Assembly (NCBI GenBank): GCA_040954595.2
Contig: CM082587.2
Location: 10,049,403 to 10,113,402, forward strand
Length of the DNA stretch: 64,000 nucleotides
Reading direction: 5' to 3'
Source: Balanoglossus misakiensis
Lineage: Eukaryota > Animalia > Hemichordata
The notes below the pieces were generated by a model. The model was not told the origin of the DNA. It did not search any database and saw only the letters and a list, made by a program, of their open reading frames with translations. A program made the translations under genes and the position numbers. This document shows positions 12,601 to 25,829 of the stretch, in pieces (positions within the stretch are counted from its first letter, which is position 1; each line of letters begins with the position of its first letter).

Positions 12601-14268
12601 TTGGTTTGGTGGATTGTGGACTGATGGGCACGCATTGCACATCATACACATAAATGCCTCAATTTTTGCATATAATGATGGACATCTTTTTGTTTTGTTC
12701 TGTCTACAGGTTCATGGTGGCCACTTCATCTACGAGAGCTCCATCTGCAATCATCAAAAGGAAGATTCGATCGGAACTGACTTTGTCAACCAGATTGAGT
12801 CACCTTGTGCTGGAGGAGGGATCGGGGGAGGGGGTGAGCTTAATTGGGCCCATTCCAGGGTTAATTAATTTAGTATTGTTTGAAGAATTAATGTTTGAAG
12901 AAGCTGCAGCTTCCAGTTTCAAAACTGATAGTTGGTGGGACTTCTCCTTTAGATAGGGGCTCTCTCTAGAGTGTGAGGATCTGGAGAGAGCAATTGGCCT
13001 TCTCTGTAAAAACTTTGGGGAGGGGACAGGGTCCTCTAGAGTAGGTGCCACCAAAACGGTCAAGCTTCACGTGCTGGTGGTGTTAGTACCAAAAATTGGA
13101 AGTTATTTTCTAATTTTGGGGAACCAATGACCGTCACCCTGTACCAGGAAAAAATGTGGATCAGGTTAATATGAGTGAGATCGATTGGAATGGAGTCATG
13201 GTGCAGAATACTTTTGGCGATGGCTTGAGGATCTTGACAACCACAAATCAGGTAAACATGTGCAGCTCATATCTCAATTGCACATTCCCATGAAGAAAAT
13301 TGTGTCTGTGACACAAGTGTTAAATGTACTGCACAGAGAAAATCAATTATTAGATGAGCTTTTGCTCAGGCAAATACTTAACCAATCATGTACATGTAAC
13401 CTGTTTCGCTGTTAAAACAACAGGAGACATTTTTCGGTAACAACAAAAAATAATTACATCAGCAGAAAAAAAATCATGATGTGCCCTTCAATTTAACACT
13501 TTGGTTTCAAGTTATTCACATGGTTGTAATTAATGGCTACTCATGGGCGTTATCAAAAATCAATGGAAATCCTAAATACAAAGCAGTACTTTCAGCTAGA
13601 AAAATATAGTCTGTGAAGATTATTCTTGAGCTGTATCCAGTCCAAGTGATTGTAATAAATGCAATTCTGGTTTAATCAACTAAAGTACATATTTTATGCA
13701 TGTCCGTAGAACTAGATGACTGAGCCTAGCATTCGCGGAGACTGCAGGACCAGGATTTTGATGCATTGTGATGGCAGAAGAAAACTAGGCTATCAGCTGA
13801 GTATCAAAGGTCAAGTTCAAGTCCATAACATTGATCTGTGGCCTCACCCAGAGCGCTGTCTTGAGGTAAGAAACAAGGCATTTCTGAAGCAATTTGCATA
13901 GCAATGCCTAATTATGCATAAGACACTATTGAACTTGAGCAACTATGAAATTGAAACATTTAATTAAACTTAGCCTCAGCACAACACTGGAACAACATCA
14001 GAATCCACTATAGAGGCCAATAAATGATGCCAGAAGTGCAAAAAAGAGAAAAATGTTATTCTACTATGTTGCCATTCACACTATTTTGTGAAATAGTCAA
14101 AATTTTGCTTGAAATAAAGTTGAGAAATCTTGCAAGCTCCTTCAGTGTGGGGTACTACTTTTCTAGTAACCGTGGTGTAACTTAATACAACAATTGTCTG
14201 GATAGTCACCAAAAGTCACCAAAACCTGTTTGGATAACATTTCTCAACATAGTGTCCTTTACCAGGTG

Positions 14269-14460
14269 CACACAGGGTAAAATTCAAAATGTTTGAGAGA
14301 CACTATTTGCCCATGGTAAACACGGAGCATTAATCCTTTCAGTCGCTTCACAAAGTTTATGTATAGGCGCTGAGGGTCAGCCCCCATGCATAGACAATGG
14401 GTTGTAGAGAGGTGTTAATCCTTACACTGGTCCAGGTCTGGCTGGCAAGGCCATCTCAAA
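14269..14460 (+). repeat. Dispersed ~190-bp repeat, related to 49074-49268
   Basis: Shared blocks GAGACACTATTTGCC, TTAATCCTTT.AGTCGCTT, AAAGTTTATGTATAGGCGCTGAGG, ATAGACAATGGGTTG, AGAGGTGTTAATCCTTACA. Confidence 0.75.
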
Positions 14461-16620
14461 TCTGAGACATTTCAGGACCACTTAAACCATTCACAAATGA
14501 TATTTTATGCCAGTAATTGACCTAGTGACATGTTTTAGAACATACTTAATGGTCTCTGTATGAACCCCATACCTGGATAAAAACAAATACGTGTATTAAC
14601 TGTTAATTTTAATCACAATTTACCAAAGATGACGTGACATCATTGTCCATCAAGCATGATCACAAGATCCAGTATGAATTCATCCACTTATGATATTTTT
14701 GAGATCCTAACCATTTACATGTCAACTGATGTGATACCAGTACAATTGGCTTCAGCCATCATCAATATCCGGGACTTTCACAGGAATACCCTTGCTAGAC
14801 AAAACCGTTTTCTGGAATTGTCCCCTTTCTTCAGCTACCTCTGCATCTATTGTTGGAGTAATCATAAAAGGAATGTAATCAATCACATTCCAGATAACCT
14901 TTGCTTGTTTGTTGTTAGGGGTTTATTTGGGGGGAGCATGTTTTTTATGTGTGGGGGGAAACACCCCCGCCACCCCCAAAAAGGGCTGAATACAACCGTA
15001 CAATAAGTGATGGCACAGATGTGTTAACACAAGTACACACAATGTATCACCATTAATAAAAGTGATGGTCCAAATATTGTACTTTAAGCTTTGTCAATTT
15101 TTCCCTACAGACTTGAGTGGATACACAATGCCTTGTACATGTATAAGGTCCTGAGTTGGACTTGCTGATAAACAGAGTTTGCGAAAATGACTATACTACC
15201 ACTGCAAGTACTCAGAGTATGACTGTAGACTCTGAAGGAACCTCAACAAAGATGTGGTTCTTATTGAGGTTTTCAGTAACACACATACTATCAAGATAAT
15301 ATGGAACATCATGTGGCTGAATTTCAACAATCTACCATTTATCTATTGTTTAATTCCTTGTAAAGTTTGAATTGGGTCCATTGGAATGTATATATTCAGA
15401 TCAAGTTTGACGTGGGTTCAGTTGGGATGTATTTATTAGGGTATCACTTGAAGGAACTTTACAAGTTCACAAATTAGGGTTTCGAAACTAAATGGGTCTC
15501 GAAACCCTCTTGAAATCGTGTTGTTTTTTTATTCTTCTTCCTACTCTTAAAAGACTGTTGCACCCAATCACTTGAAAGTTGGCTCATAGGTAAAACACAT
15601 AGAGAGTAATTTTCTGATCATGTCACAATGGCAACAGGTCACATGACCTGGCAGTCAACCTGGATTTAAACTTTAAAATTGGTCTCATTTTCATAAAAAA
15701 TGACAAATCAAAATTCTGTCAGCAATTTATATATGCCAAATTTAAATGTTCAAGTCCTTGCCGATTTTGAGAAGATGATTTTTAAAGCATTATTTTTCAC
15801 GACCATTGGACCCAGCCATTGGCCTCTACTTTCCATGGTTAAGCTATGACCACCTAGGATTTTTGATTTATAGCCAATATCTGAACATCCTCTGGGCTGA
15901 TCAGTTTCAAATTGAGTGTGGAGCTAGCCCACCTTCCGACAATCAATTCAAACCAGAAAAAAATAATATGAAAAATCGACTGATTTTTTTATATTAATTT
16001 TTTATGAAATCTATACCTATACTTATACCACTATAGTTAAGCTATGGCCACAGCGTTTTGTAGAATTCTGGTCGGTGCAATAGTCCTATTGACCAGTGAC
16101 CAGTATGCAGCATGCAGCATAGGACCAAAATAAGAAGCCAAAATTTAGGGTCACCTGTGACACCTGCTTAACTCATTGATTATGTGCATACCTAATTCCA
16201 GGCAAACCAATAGGGCTATGTATCACCACTAAAAGTGATGGTCCAAATATTGTACTTTAAGCTTTGTCAATTTTTCTCTATAGACTTGAGTGGATACAAT
16301 GCCTTGTACATGTGTAAGGTCCATTGCAAGTTCTCAGAGTATGACTGTAGCCTCTAAAGATACCAGATTGTTTGTTGAGTTGATATTTAACTTCAACAAA
16401 GACGTGGTTCTTATTGAGGTTTTCAGCCATGCACACACATCAATATGAAGATAATATGAAACTTTAAAATTGGTCTCATTTCCATAAAAATGATGAATCA
16501 AAATCCTGTCAGCAATTTAATATGCCAAATTTAAATGTCCAAGTCCTTGCCGATTTTGAGAAGATGCTTTTTAAATCATTATTTTTCATATTTTTCATGA
16601 CCATTGGACCCAGCCATTGC

Positions 16621-16753
16621 CAGATGATGCAAATAATGGAGAAAGTGCTGCCATTGGATTATTGAAGATTGTTTCAACTTATGAATTCATAGCTTCATTG
16701 CATCTTATGGCTGATGTTCTTGCACATCTGACAAAACTTAGTCTTCTTTTCCA
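16621..16753 (+). pseudogene. hAT-family (ZNF862/ZMYM-like) transposase fragment, copy 1
   Basis: DDANNGESAAIGLLKIVSTYEFIASLHLMADVLAHLTKLSLLF resembles the conserved A.GLL....F.F...L....D.L..L..LS..FQ helix of hAT transposases. Recognised by eye. Confidence 0.7.
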
Positions 16754-18633
16754 TGAATTTGGTGACTATTCCAAAAACGGCAGTCTGGTTGGCCCCAGCT
16801 ACCTCTGCATCTATTGTTGGAGTAATAATAAAAGGAATGTAATCAATCACATTCCAGATAACCTTTGCTTGTTTGTTGTTGGGGGTTTATTTGGGGGGAG
16901 CATGTTTTTTATGTGTGGGGGGAAACACCCCCGCCACCCCCAAAAAGGGCTGAATACAACCGTACAATAAGTGATGGCACAGATGTGTTAACACAAGTAC
17001 ACACAATGTATCACCATTAATAAAAGTGATGGTCCAAATATTGTACTTTAAGCTTTGTCAATTTTTCCCTACAGACTTGAGTGGATACACAATGCCTTGT
17101 ACATGTATAAGGTCCTGAGTTGGACTTGCTGATAAACAGAGTTTGCGAAAATGACTATACTACCACTGCAAGTACTCAGAGTATGACTGTAGACTCTGAA
17201 GGAACCTCAACAAAGATGTGGTTCTTATTGAGGTTTTCAGTAACACACATACTATCAAGATAATATGGAACATCATGTGGCTGAATTTCAACAATCTACC
17301 ATTTATCTATTGTTTAATTCCTTGTAAAGTTTGAATGGGGTCCATTGGAATGTATATATTCAGATCAAGTTTGACGTGGGTTCAGTTGGGATGTATTTAT
17401 TAGGGTATCACTTGAAGGAACTTTACAAGTTCACAAATTAGGGTTTCGAAACTAAAGGGGTCTCGAAACCCTCTTGAAATCGTGTTGTTTTTTTATTCTT
17501 CTTCCTACTCTTAAAAGACTGTTGCACCCAATCACTTGAAAGTTGGCTCATAGGTAAAAGTCATAGAGAGTAATTTTCTGATCATGTCACAATGGCAACA
17601 GGTCACATGACCTGGCAGTCAACCTGGATTTAAACTTTAAAATTGGTCTCATTTTCATAAAAAATGACAAATCAAAATTCTGTCAGCAATTTATATATGC
17701 CAAATTTAAATGTTCAAGTCCTTGCCGATTTTGAGAAGATGATTTTTAAAGCATTATTTTTCACGACCATTGGACTCAGCCATTGGCCTGTACTTTCCAT
17801 GGTTAAGCTATGACCACCCAGGATTTTTGATTTATAGCCAATATCTGAACATCCTCTGGGCTGATCAGTTTCAAATTGAGTGTGGAGCTAGCCCACCTTC
17901 CGACAATCAATTCAAACCAGAAAAAATAATATGAAAAATCGACTGATTTTTTTATATTAATTTTTTATGAAATCTATACCTATACTTATACCACTATAGT
18001 TAAGCTATGGCCACAGCGTTTTGTAGAATTCTGGTCGGTGCAATAGTCCTATTGACCAGTGACCAGTATGCAGCATGCAGCATAGGACCAAAATAAGAAG
18101 CCAAAATTTAGGGTCACCTGTGACACCTGCTTAACTCATTGATTATGTGCATACCTAATTCCAGGCAAACCAATAGGGCTATGTATCACCACTAAAAGTG
18201 ATGGTCCAAATATTGTACTTTAAGCTTTGTCAATTTTTCTCTACAGACTTGAGTGGATACAATGCCTTGTACATGTGTAAGGTCCTGAGTTGGACTTGCT
18301 GATAAACAGAGTTTGCGAAGACGACTATACTACCATTGCAAGTTCTCAGAGTATGACTGTAGCCTCTAAAGGAACCAGATTGTTTGTTGAGTTGATATTT
18401 AACTTCAACAAAGACGTGGTTCTTATTGAGGTTTTCAGCCATGCACACACATCAATATGAAGATAATATGAAACTTTAAAATTGATCTCATTTCCATAAA
18501 AATGATGAATCAAAATTCTCTCAGCAATTTAAATATGCCAAATTTAAATGTCCAAGTCCTTGCCGATTTTGAGAAGATGCTTTTTAAATCATTATTTTTC
18601 ATATTTTTCATGACCATTGGACCCAGCCATTGC

Positions 18634-18766
18634 CAGATGATGCAAATAATGGAGAAAGTGCTGCCATTGGATTATTGAAGATTGTTTCAACTTATGAATT
18701 CATAGCTTCATTGCATCTTATGGCTGATGTTCTTGCACATCTGACAAAACTTAGTCTTCTTTTCCA
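18634..18766 (+). pseudogene. hAT-family transposase fragment, copy 2
   Basis: Identical translation to 16621-16753, within the 2-kb duplication. Confidence 0.7.
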
Positions 18767-19260
18767 TGAATTTGGTGACTATTCCAAAAACGGCAGTCTG
18801 GTTGGCCCCACTCTAGTCAAATTTGCCTTTTAAAAACATGCCATTTTTTTCCCAATGGTGATCTAATGATATATAAAAGTCTATTCTATCTTGAAAGTAG
18901 TGACATTTAAATAACCCACTCTTACTGACCCTACAGAGGGAAAAAGTACCATTTTGGCCTCTTTGCTCAAAAAGGTAACTGATAGAAAAAATAAAAACAA
19001 ATTTAGTTCTTCATATTCATAGCTCTTGTGATGTATGGAAATTCCGTTGTTTTTGTTTTTTGCAAAAAATATGCTGATACCAGCACAACGGTCTTATGAG
19101 TCACCCCGCTCAGTACAAAATTGCCATTAAGCCATCTTTTGGTCAACAATAGTCATTTTCATAAAACAAATATAATTGATGTTTTTGCCTTTTGAGTTCT
19201 GATGTTGTATATGCATATTTAAAACGTCATAACCATATAATATCAATAACATTGATAATA

Positions 19261-21267
19261 CAGTAGAACGTCGATTATCCGAACAGCTAGGGGGACAGGC
19301 TTTTGGTTCGGTTATGCGATCGGTTCGGATACGCAAACTTAGGGGGGCGGGGTCACATCTGACATATAACACGCATACATAAACCCGTCCATAGTAGACA
19401 AGACACATCGTTTTCCATTCTATTTTTATTTCTAAGTAAATTTGGATGGTTTCAAATACTGCACAAAGTAAAATTATGAGAAAGTAAAAATTAAATAAAA
19501 ATATAGCTGCAAGCAGCGATGACGGGCACAAGCTTAAGCCGAAGGTCAAAGGTCATATGTGGTCACCCAAAATTTGGGCAAAAAATTTTGACCCCATACT
19601 AGTCCAGGTCCAACAAAAACCAGACCTCTAGCCCTATTGGTTCGCCTAGAATTAGATATGCACATAATTAATGACGTAAAGTATAAGGCTCCATTAGGAG
19701 TTCCATGCCTCCAAATGCCAAGGCTGTATCTGCGTGGGTTGCCGAGATATGGTAAAGTAGGTCAAAGGTCACCTGAGGTCACCCAAAATTGGGCAAGAAA
19801 TTTTAACCCCATACTGGTCCATGTTCAACAAAAATCAAACCTCTAGCCCTATTGGCTAGCCTGGAATTAGGTATGCACATAATTAATGAGATAAGCAGGT
19901 GTCACAGGTGACCCCCAATTTTGTCTTTTCAATTTTAGTCACAACCCTCCAAACGCCAAGTCTGTACCTGCTGTGGATGCCGAGATATAGGAAAGTAGGT
20001 CAAAGGTCACCTGAGGTCACCCAAAATTTGGGCAAAATTTTTTGATCCCATACTGGTCCATGTCCCACAAGAACAAAACCTCTAGCCCTAATAGTTAGCC
20101 CGGAATTAGGTATGCACATAATTAATGAGTTAAGCAGGTGTTACAGGTGAGCCCAAAATTTTGTCTTTTATTTTGGTCCCATTCAGCTCACGGGCCACTA
20201 GACTGTCACTGTACAGGACAATTGCACAGACGTGGACATAGCGTCATAGCTTAACTATAGAAAGTATAGGCCTATGGCTGGGTCCACAAATATGACAAAT
20301 AATATTTAATAATCTTCTTCTCAAAATAGACTTGGCCCACGGCCTTGACATTTGGCATGTAGGACACTGATGACATGGTCAACAAAAGTTGCTAAAAGAA
20401 TTTCGATATCTCCATTCATATGCAAATTAGGCCCATTTGAAAACTTTGCCCATATATGGTCATCAGATCACATGACTTATTAAACATTCACGAGGGTACT
20501 GCACCAGCTCTCATAGGCCTGCATCACTGTGCCAAGTTTGAGATTTGTAGGTTCAGCCGTTTTCAAGATCCTATTGGGCAAAAAAACTACACAAGAAAAA
20601 GAAGAGGATGAAAAACCCCAGTAATACCAATAGGGCACAAGCCTGATTGGCTTGTGCCCTAAGAATGACGACGTGAGGTCGAGCACGTGACGCTCGCTTC
20701 ATGACATAGCCATGATGGCATAGACAGTAATGGCGGAAGCAATGCGATGTCGGTCGGTTCGATGTTTCTCGGCAGATCACTACTGGAATTACAAATGGTG
20801 AAATTTCCCAAAACCCAAGGGTTTTAAACACTTCTACCTAACTAGTTAACACTTTCAAGTTTTGACAAAATGCCGCGAACGTTTAAAGAAGAAGCCGACC
20901 ATCAGTCGCAACCGTTTAGCAAGGCTGGCAAAGCTTTGCGGCTGACGAACCATGCCATTGTCGAGCTGTTTATTTTCACACCTCTTGCGATTGCATCCAA
21001 ATGATTCATACCCGGGGATACAAAACATTAACACTTTTAAGAATTAAAACAAAAGGCTAATGGGCGGTAAGGTTGTTTAAAGAAATAACTTTTTAAAAGA
21101 GGAAAGTGCTGTATGATGCCTTCCTTTGACAGCGAGGGCCGTGAATATCAAACAATGATTAAGCAAGGTATACGCCTAGTACAGGTAGACTTTTCGGGGG
21201 ACACAGAGTAAGTTCGGATGACCGAACAATGCGGATAATCGACGTGCGGATAATCGACGTTCTACTG
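19261..21267. mobile_element. pogo/Tigger-type (Tc1/mariner) non-autonomous element with nested insertion
   Basis: TA|CAGTAGAACGTCGATTATCCG ... CGGATAATCGACGTTCTACTG|TA, with reiterated subterminal CGGATAATCGA motifs. Confidence 0.9.
19495..20663 (-). mobile_element. Helentron-derived HINE/DINE-1-like non-autonomous element
   Basis: Hairpin TAGGGCACAAGC-loop-GCTTGTGCCCTA at 20631-20661 and matching sub-TIR GGGCACAAGC at 19524-19533. Short stem-loop GCTGC-AA-GCAGC at 19506-19517 beside an A/T run, and internal ~240-bp repeats. This is the architecture of DINE-1/HINE elements. Confidence 0.65.
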
Positions 21268-21849
21268 TATTGAAAAACAGAGTTGCCACAATTTGGCACA
21301 TTTAGCCCCTGAACTCAACAATAAGACGATCCATGTTTACACACCGTTACTGTCTACTATAAGTCGATTATGCCAGGTGGGAAATATTTATGTTCAGATA
21401 TGCCAACTCTGGAGAGATTGTTAAAATTTATCCTCTTCAATCTGAATACAAAATCAGAAATTATATTATAATTTATATCATGATACCCCCGTCATTGTGA
21501 TTGAACAGGAGTGCAATCCAACGATGCTAGAATACTAAATAGAGCACTGCTATAAATGGCCCCTTAACAAGCACGCAGCAGGGAAAATGTGGGCTTAAAC
21601 CAAATAAATATAATTAAATTCCTTGACGTTTTAATTTGGAGCTGCTCTATGGGAATATTTGGGCAATGTGCAATGCATGTCTTTTGTCATCTGTATCATG
21701 TTTAGAGCTTGGTCCCGAGCGGCGTGTTTACATTCATTGACGCGAGTTTTGTTCAATTCGTAACTTCTTTTTCTCTCGACGCTGTTTCATCATCATTATG
21801 AGTTCAACTTGGGCTAATTTTGTTAAAACTCAAAATACAAACATTTTTT

Positions 21850-24061
21850 CGGTACAAAGTGGCTAAAGGGATACATTTTTCTTGAGTAGATCTAATTTTG
21901 GCTACAAATAGCCAAAAGGGCAATTTTGACAAGAGTGGGGCCAACCAGACTGCCGTTTTTGGAATAGTCACCAAATTTTACACAGAATGGACTCTTCATA
22001 CATGATCAGATCTCTGAATATGAAGAAAACAATTTGTCTTTAGTTTGTTTGTTTGTTTGTTTTTAATGACATTTTTGACCAAAAAAAGTGGCCGAAATGA
22101 CAATTTTCTATTGAATAGGGTAAGTAAGACTTCCGTTTTTGGAACAGTAACCACGTTTCAATATAGAATAGGCCTTTATTTATAATAAGATCACCGAAAG
22201 TGAAGAAAAGAGAATGCTATTAATATATTCTTAAAAATAACAATTTTGTGCAAATGACACTTTTTGGGCAAAAACTTGCCAAAAAGGCGCTTTTATCTTG
22301 AACGCATCAAGAAAACTGCTTTTTGGAAATTTTTCACATAGAGTGGGCATATAATACATTATCAGATCTCCAAAAGTGAAGAAAATTATAAACGTTTTGA
22401 GTGTTTTCTAGAAATGACGTTGGGGCAAAAAGTGTCAATAAGACTGTTTTTTCTGGAATCAGCACCATTTTTTTTACATAGAATGAACATTTCATATATC
22501 ACATGATCTCTGAACTTTATGAAGAAAAGTTTGTTTTTATTTTTTTCTAAAAATGGCCTTTTTGGGCAAAAACTTCCAAAAAAGGCATTTTTGCATTATG
22601 TTAGGTCAATAAATCTGCTTTTTTGGAATAGTCACCAAATTTTACATATGGTGGGCATATAATACATTATCAGATCTCTGAAAGTGAAGAAAATATATAA
22701 ATTTTGAGTGTTTTCTAAAAATGACGTTTTTGGGAAAAAATTGGCAAAATTGGCATGTTTTTATTGAGTAAGGTCAATAAGACTGACTTTTTTGGAATCA
22801 GCACCATTTTTTTTACATTCTCAAACCTTCCTTACCAAAAATTCTGATTAATCAGGTTTGTCTTATTGACCCCAATCAAGACAAAATTGCTATTTTGGCC
22901 ATTTTTAACCCAAAAAAGGTCATTTTTAGAAAACGCTAAAAAACACACTGTTTTCGTCACATTCTGAGATCTGATGACATATGATATGCTTATTCTATGC
23001 AAAATTTGGTTAATATTACGAAAAAAGTAGTCCGATTGACCCAAAGCAACACAAAATTGCCTTTTTGACAATTTTTTGCCCCAAAAACGTCATTTTTAGA
23101 AAAAAACTAAAACACACGGTTTTCTTCGTAATGATTTATCTGGTGATATATGGAAAGTCAATTCTATCTTGAAAGTGGTGACTTTAAAAAATAGAGTAGT
23201 CTTTTTGACCTCAATCAATACAAAAATGCCATTTTTGGCCACTTTTTGAGGTCAAAAAAGGTCATTTTTACAAAAAAATACTAAAAACAAATTGTTTTCT
23301 TCATATTCAGAGATCATTTGATATATGAAATATTCATTCTGTGTAAAAAATGGTGCTGCTTCCGGAAATAGCAATCTTATTGACCCTACTCAATAAAAAT
23401 GCCATTTTGCCACTTTTTGCCCAAAAACGTCATTTTGAGAAAACACTCAAAACTTATATATTTTCTTCACTTTCGGAGATCTGATAATGTATTATATGCC
23501 CACCCTATGTAAAATTTGGTCACTATTATAAAAAAGCAGATTTATTGACCCAACATAATGTAAAAATGCCTTTTTGGAAAGTTTTTGCCCCAAAAGGCCA
23601 TTTTTAGAAAACAATTAAAAACAAACTTTTCTTCATAAAGTTCAGAGATCATGTGATATATGAAATGTTCATTCTATGTAAAAAGTGGTGCTGATTCCAG
23701 AAATAGCAGTCTTATTGACCCTACTCAAGACGAAATTGCCATTTTTGACACTTTTTCCCCAAAACGTCATTTCTAGAAAACACTCAAAAATTTTGTGTTG
23801 TTTTGGGTTAATCGGACTACTTTTTTCGTAATATTCACGAAATTTTACATAGAATAAGCATATCATATGTCATCAGATCTCAGAATGTGACGAAAACAGT
23901 GTGTTTTTAGTGTTTTCTAAAAATGACCTTTTTGGGTTAAAAATGGCCAAAATGGCAATTTTGTCTTGAGTGGGGTCAATAAGACTGACTTTTTTGGAAT
24001 CAGCACCATTTTTTACATAGAATGGACTTCTCAAACCTTCCTTACCAAAAATTCTGATTAA
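21850..24061. repeat. Diverged ~170-180-bp satellite-like array with internal inversions (foldback)
   Basis: GGAATAGTCACC/GGAATCAGCACC anchors at 21961, 22141, 22455, 22625, 22794. ~22330-22810 is inverted at ~23330-23790 and ~22870-23058 at ~23790-23975. An inverted fragment also lies at ~18770-19060. Confidence 0.8.
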
Positions 24062-24185
24062 CGGCACCTATCTCCTGGAGTAAAACCTGAAGGACATACA
24101 CAACTGACAATTAATGGTCAACTTCCATCCAGGGAATCACCGACTGGAAATCTATATAGCTGCGCTCCATGTCCAGTTCCGTTAA

Positions 24186-24514
24186 AGGGACAAAGTGTCT
24201 CTCTCGCTGCCACTTTTTTTCCATTAATAATGCTTGATACAAGACACAGTTTATGTAAAATGTACATGTGGGTACATATTGAATCAACGTTCGACTACAC
24301 ACCTTCCATTCCACTTGTAGACACGAGAGTGAAAAAAACTCGCCAAAAGGAATAATCAGTCTCTTCATTTTGGGTGAAATCTTACAAACGGGATGAAAGT
24401 TGTGTGTGGTCAAAGTTAAATTCACTATATATCTACATATCAAATAACACAAACGGTGTCTTGTATCAAACATAATTAATGGAAAAGGGGCAGCGAGAGA
24501 GAGACTTTGTCCCT
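24186..24514. mobile_element. Palindromic Kolobok-type MITE, copy 2
   Basis: TTAA|AGGGACAAAGT ... ACTTTGTCCCT|TTAA, same family as 3298-3651. Confidence 0.9.
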
Positions 24515-24595
24515 TTAAGGATTCTCCATGTCAATGTATGAATAATTAAATCACAGAGTTCAACTCCGGTATCGAAAAGCTTACATATAATTGCG

Positions 24596-24973
24596 ATGTC
24601 CAAGTCCCAACCGCATCCACGAAATTCCGTTCAGTTCTGCTGGCAATGTCCGAATTCCCGAAGAATCCATAAACTTCCGTTCAGTTCTGCTGGCAAAGTC
24701 ATATGTCTCGAAGCATCCACACAATTCCGTTCAGTTCTGCTGGCAATGTCCGAATTCCCGAAGCATCCACAAAATTCCGTTCAGTTCTGCTGGCAATGTC
24801 CGAATTCCCGAAGCATCCACAAAATTCCGTTCAGTTCTGCTGGCAAAGTCCGAATTCCCGAAGCATCCACACAATTCCGTTCAGTTCTGCTGGCAAAGTC
24901 CGAATTCCCCAAGCATCCACAAAATTCCGTTCAGTTCTGCTGGCAAAGTCCGAATTCCCGAAGCATCCACAAA
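24596..24973. repeat. Minisatellite, 50-bp unit, ~7.5 copies
   Basis: TTCCGTTCAGTTCTGCTGGCAA recurs every 50 bp from ~24625. Confidence 0.95.
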
Positions 24974-25829
24974 CGAGGAATCGCTGGAACGTTCCATGTC
25001 CATCAATCACGCCTCTATCCGCAAAACATGCAGCATGAATAGATTTGCATATTAGGATTTGCTAGAAAGTTCCCTCTTCGCTCGTCACGCCACTATCAGC
25101 AATGCATACAGCGTACATAGATTTGCATATTAGGATTTGCTAGAAAGTTCTATGTTCGCTATAAAACTTACTCTACCTCAAGAGGCACGAAAGTCCCCCA
25201 AAAGCCGGAGAATTCCTCACTGTCCCTCAGCATGGCACACGTCATTCTCCAATGTTGTATTCCGGTTAGTGGTACGTGAAGGCTTCAGTTCCTGAAGTCA
25301 AAATTCCCGCACAGTCACCCCATCCCTGGAGCGAAAAAGGTCTAGTGAATAATACATAGTAATAAGACCTAACCTAATAAGGTCCCTCCAATCAGCGTGC
25401 CGCAAGTGGACCTAAGATTACCAGATAGACCAATCACAGATGTCTGTACATATGTCTTGGACCTGACTTATGAAACAGGACTACTACGGCCGCCCCATAC
25501 AGAATGAATATGGTCTGTGCTCTGCGTGAGAAAAGAGTTTACCCAGGTGTACCAGGTTTGTCATTAATTAGCGCCATCTCCGGCAGGATTAATTGAAACG
25601 TTGAAGAGAGTCATTAACTAGCGCCAGCTACGTCAGGATGTGCCAAAATATAATTATGTTACAACTGCATTGGCGTTGGTACTTTCTATTGTGATCTTTT
25701 ACCGGACAAGGTATTATCTTAGAAAGTTGCTTTCCACCCATTCCACATTGGGTTTCACCGAGTATTTCGACTTGGCCACCAACGCCTGTTATTTCCAAAG
25801 ACTGGTTCACACGTACCCACAAAGCTGTT

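Larger units (their letters stand above)
14832..18810. repeat. Recent tandem segmental duplication, two ~2-kb units (14832-16795 and 16796-18810)
   Basis: CAGCTACCTCTGCATCTATTG starts both units and both end ...GTCTGGTTGGCCCC, with CA microhomology at the junction. Duplicated ORF-track entries confirm the match. Confidence 0.95.

Noticed and set aside
24596-24973. CRISPR-like appearance of short regular repeats (also the 103-, 126- and 214-bp arrays)
   Set aside because: No unique spacers, no cas genes, eukaryotic context.
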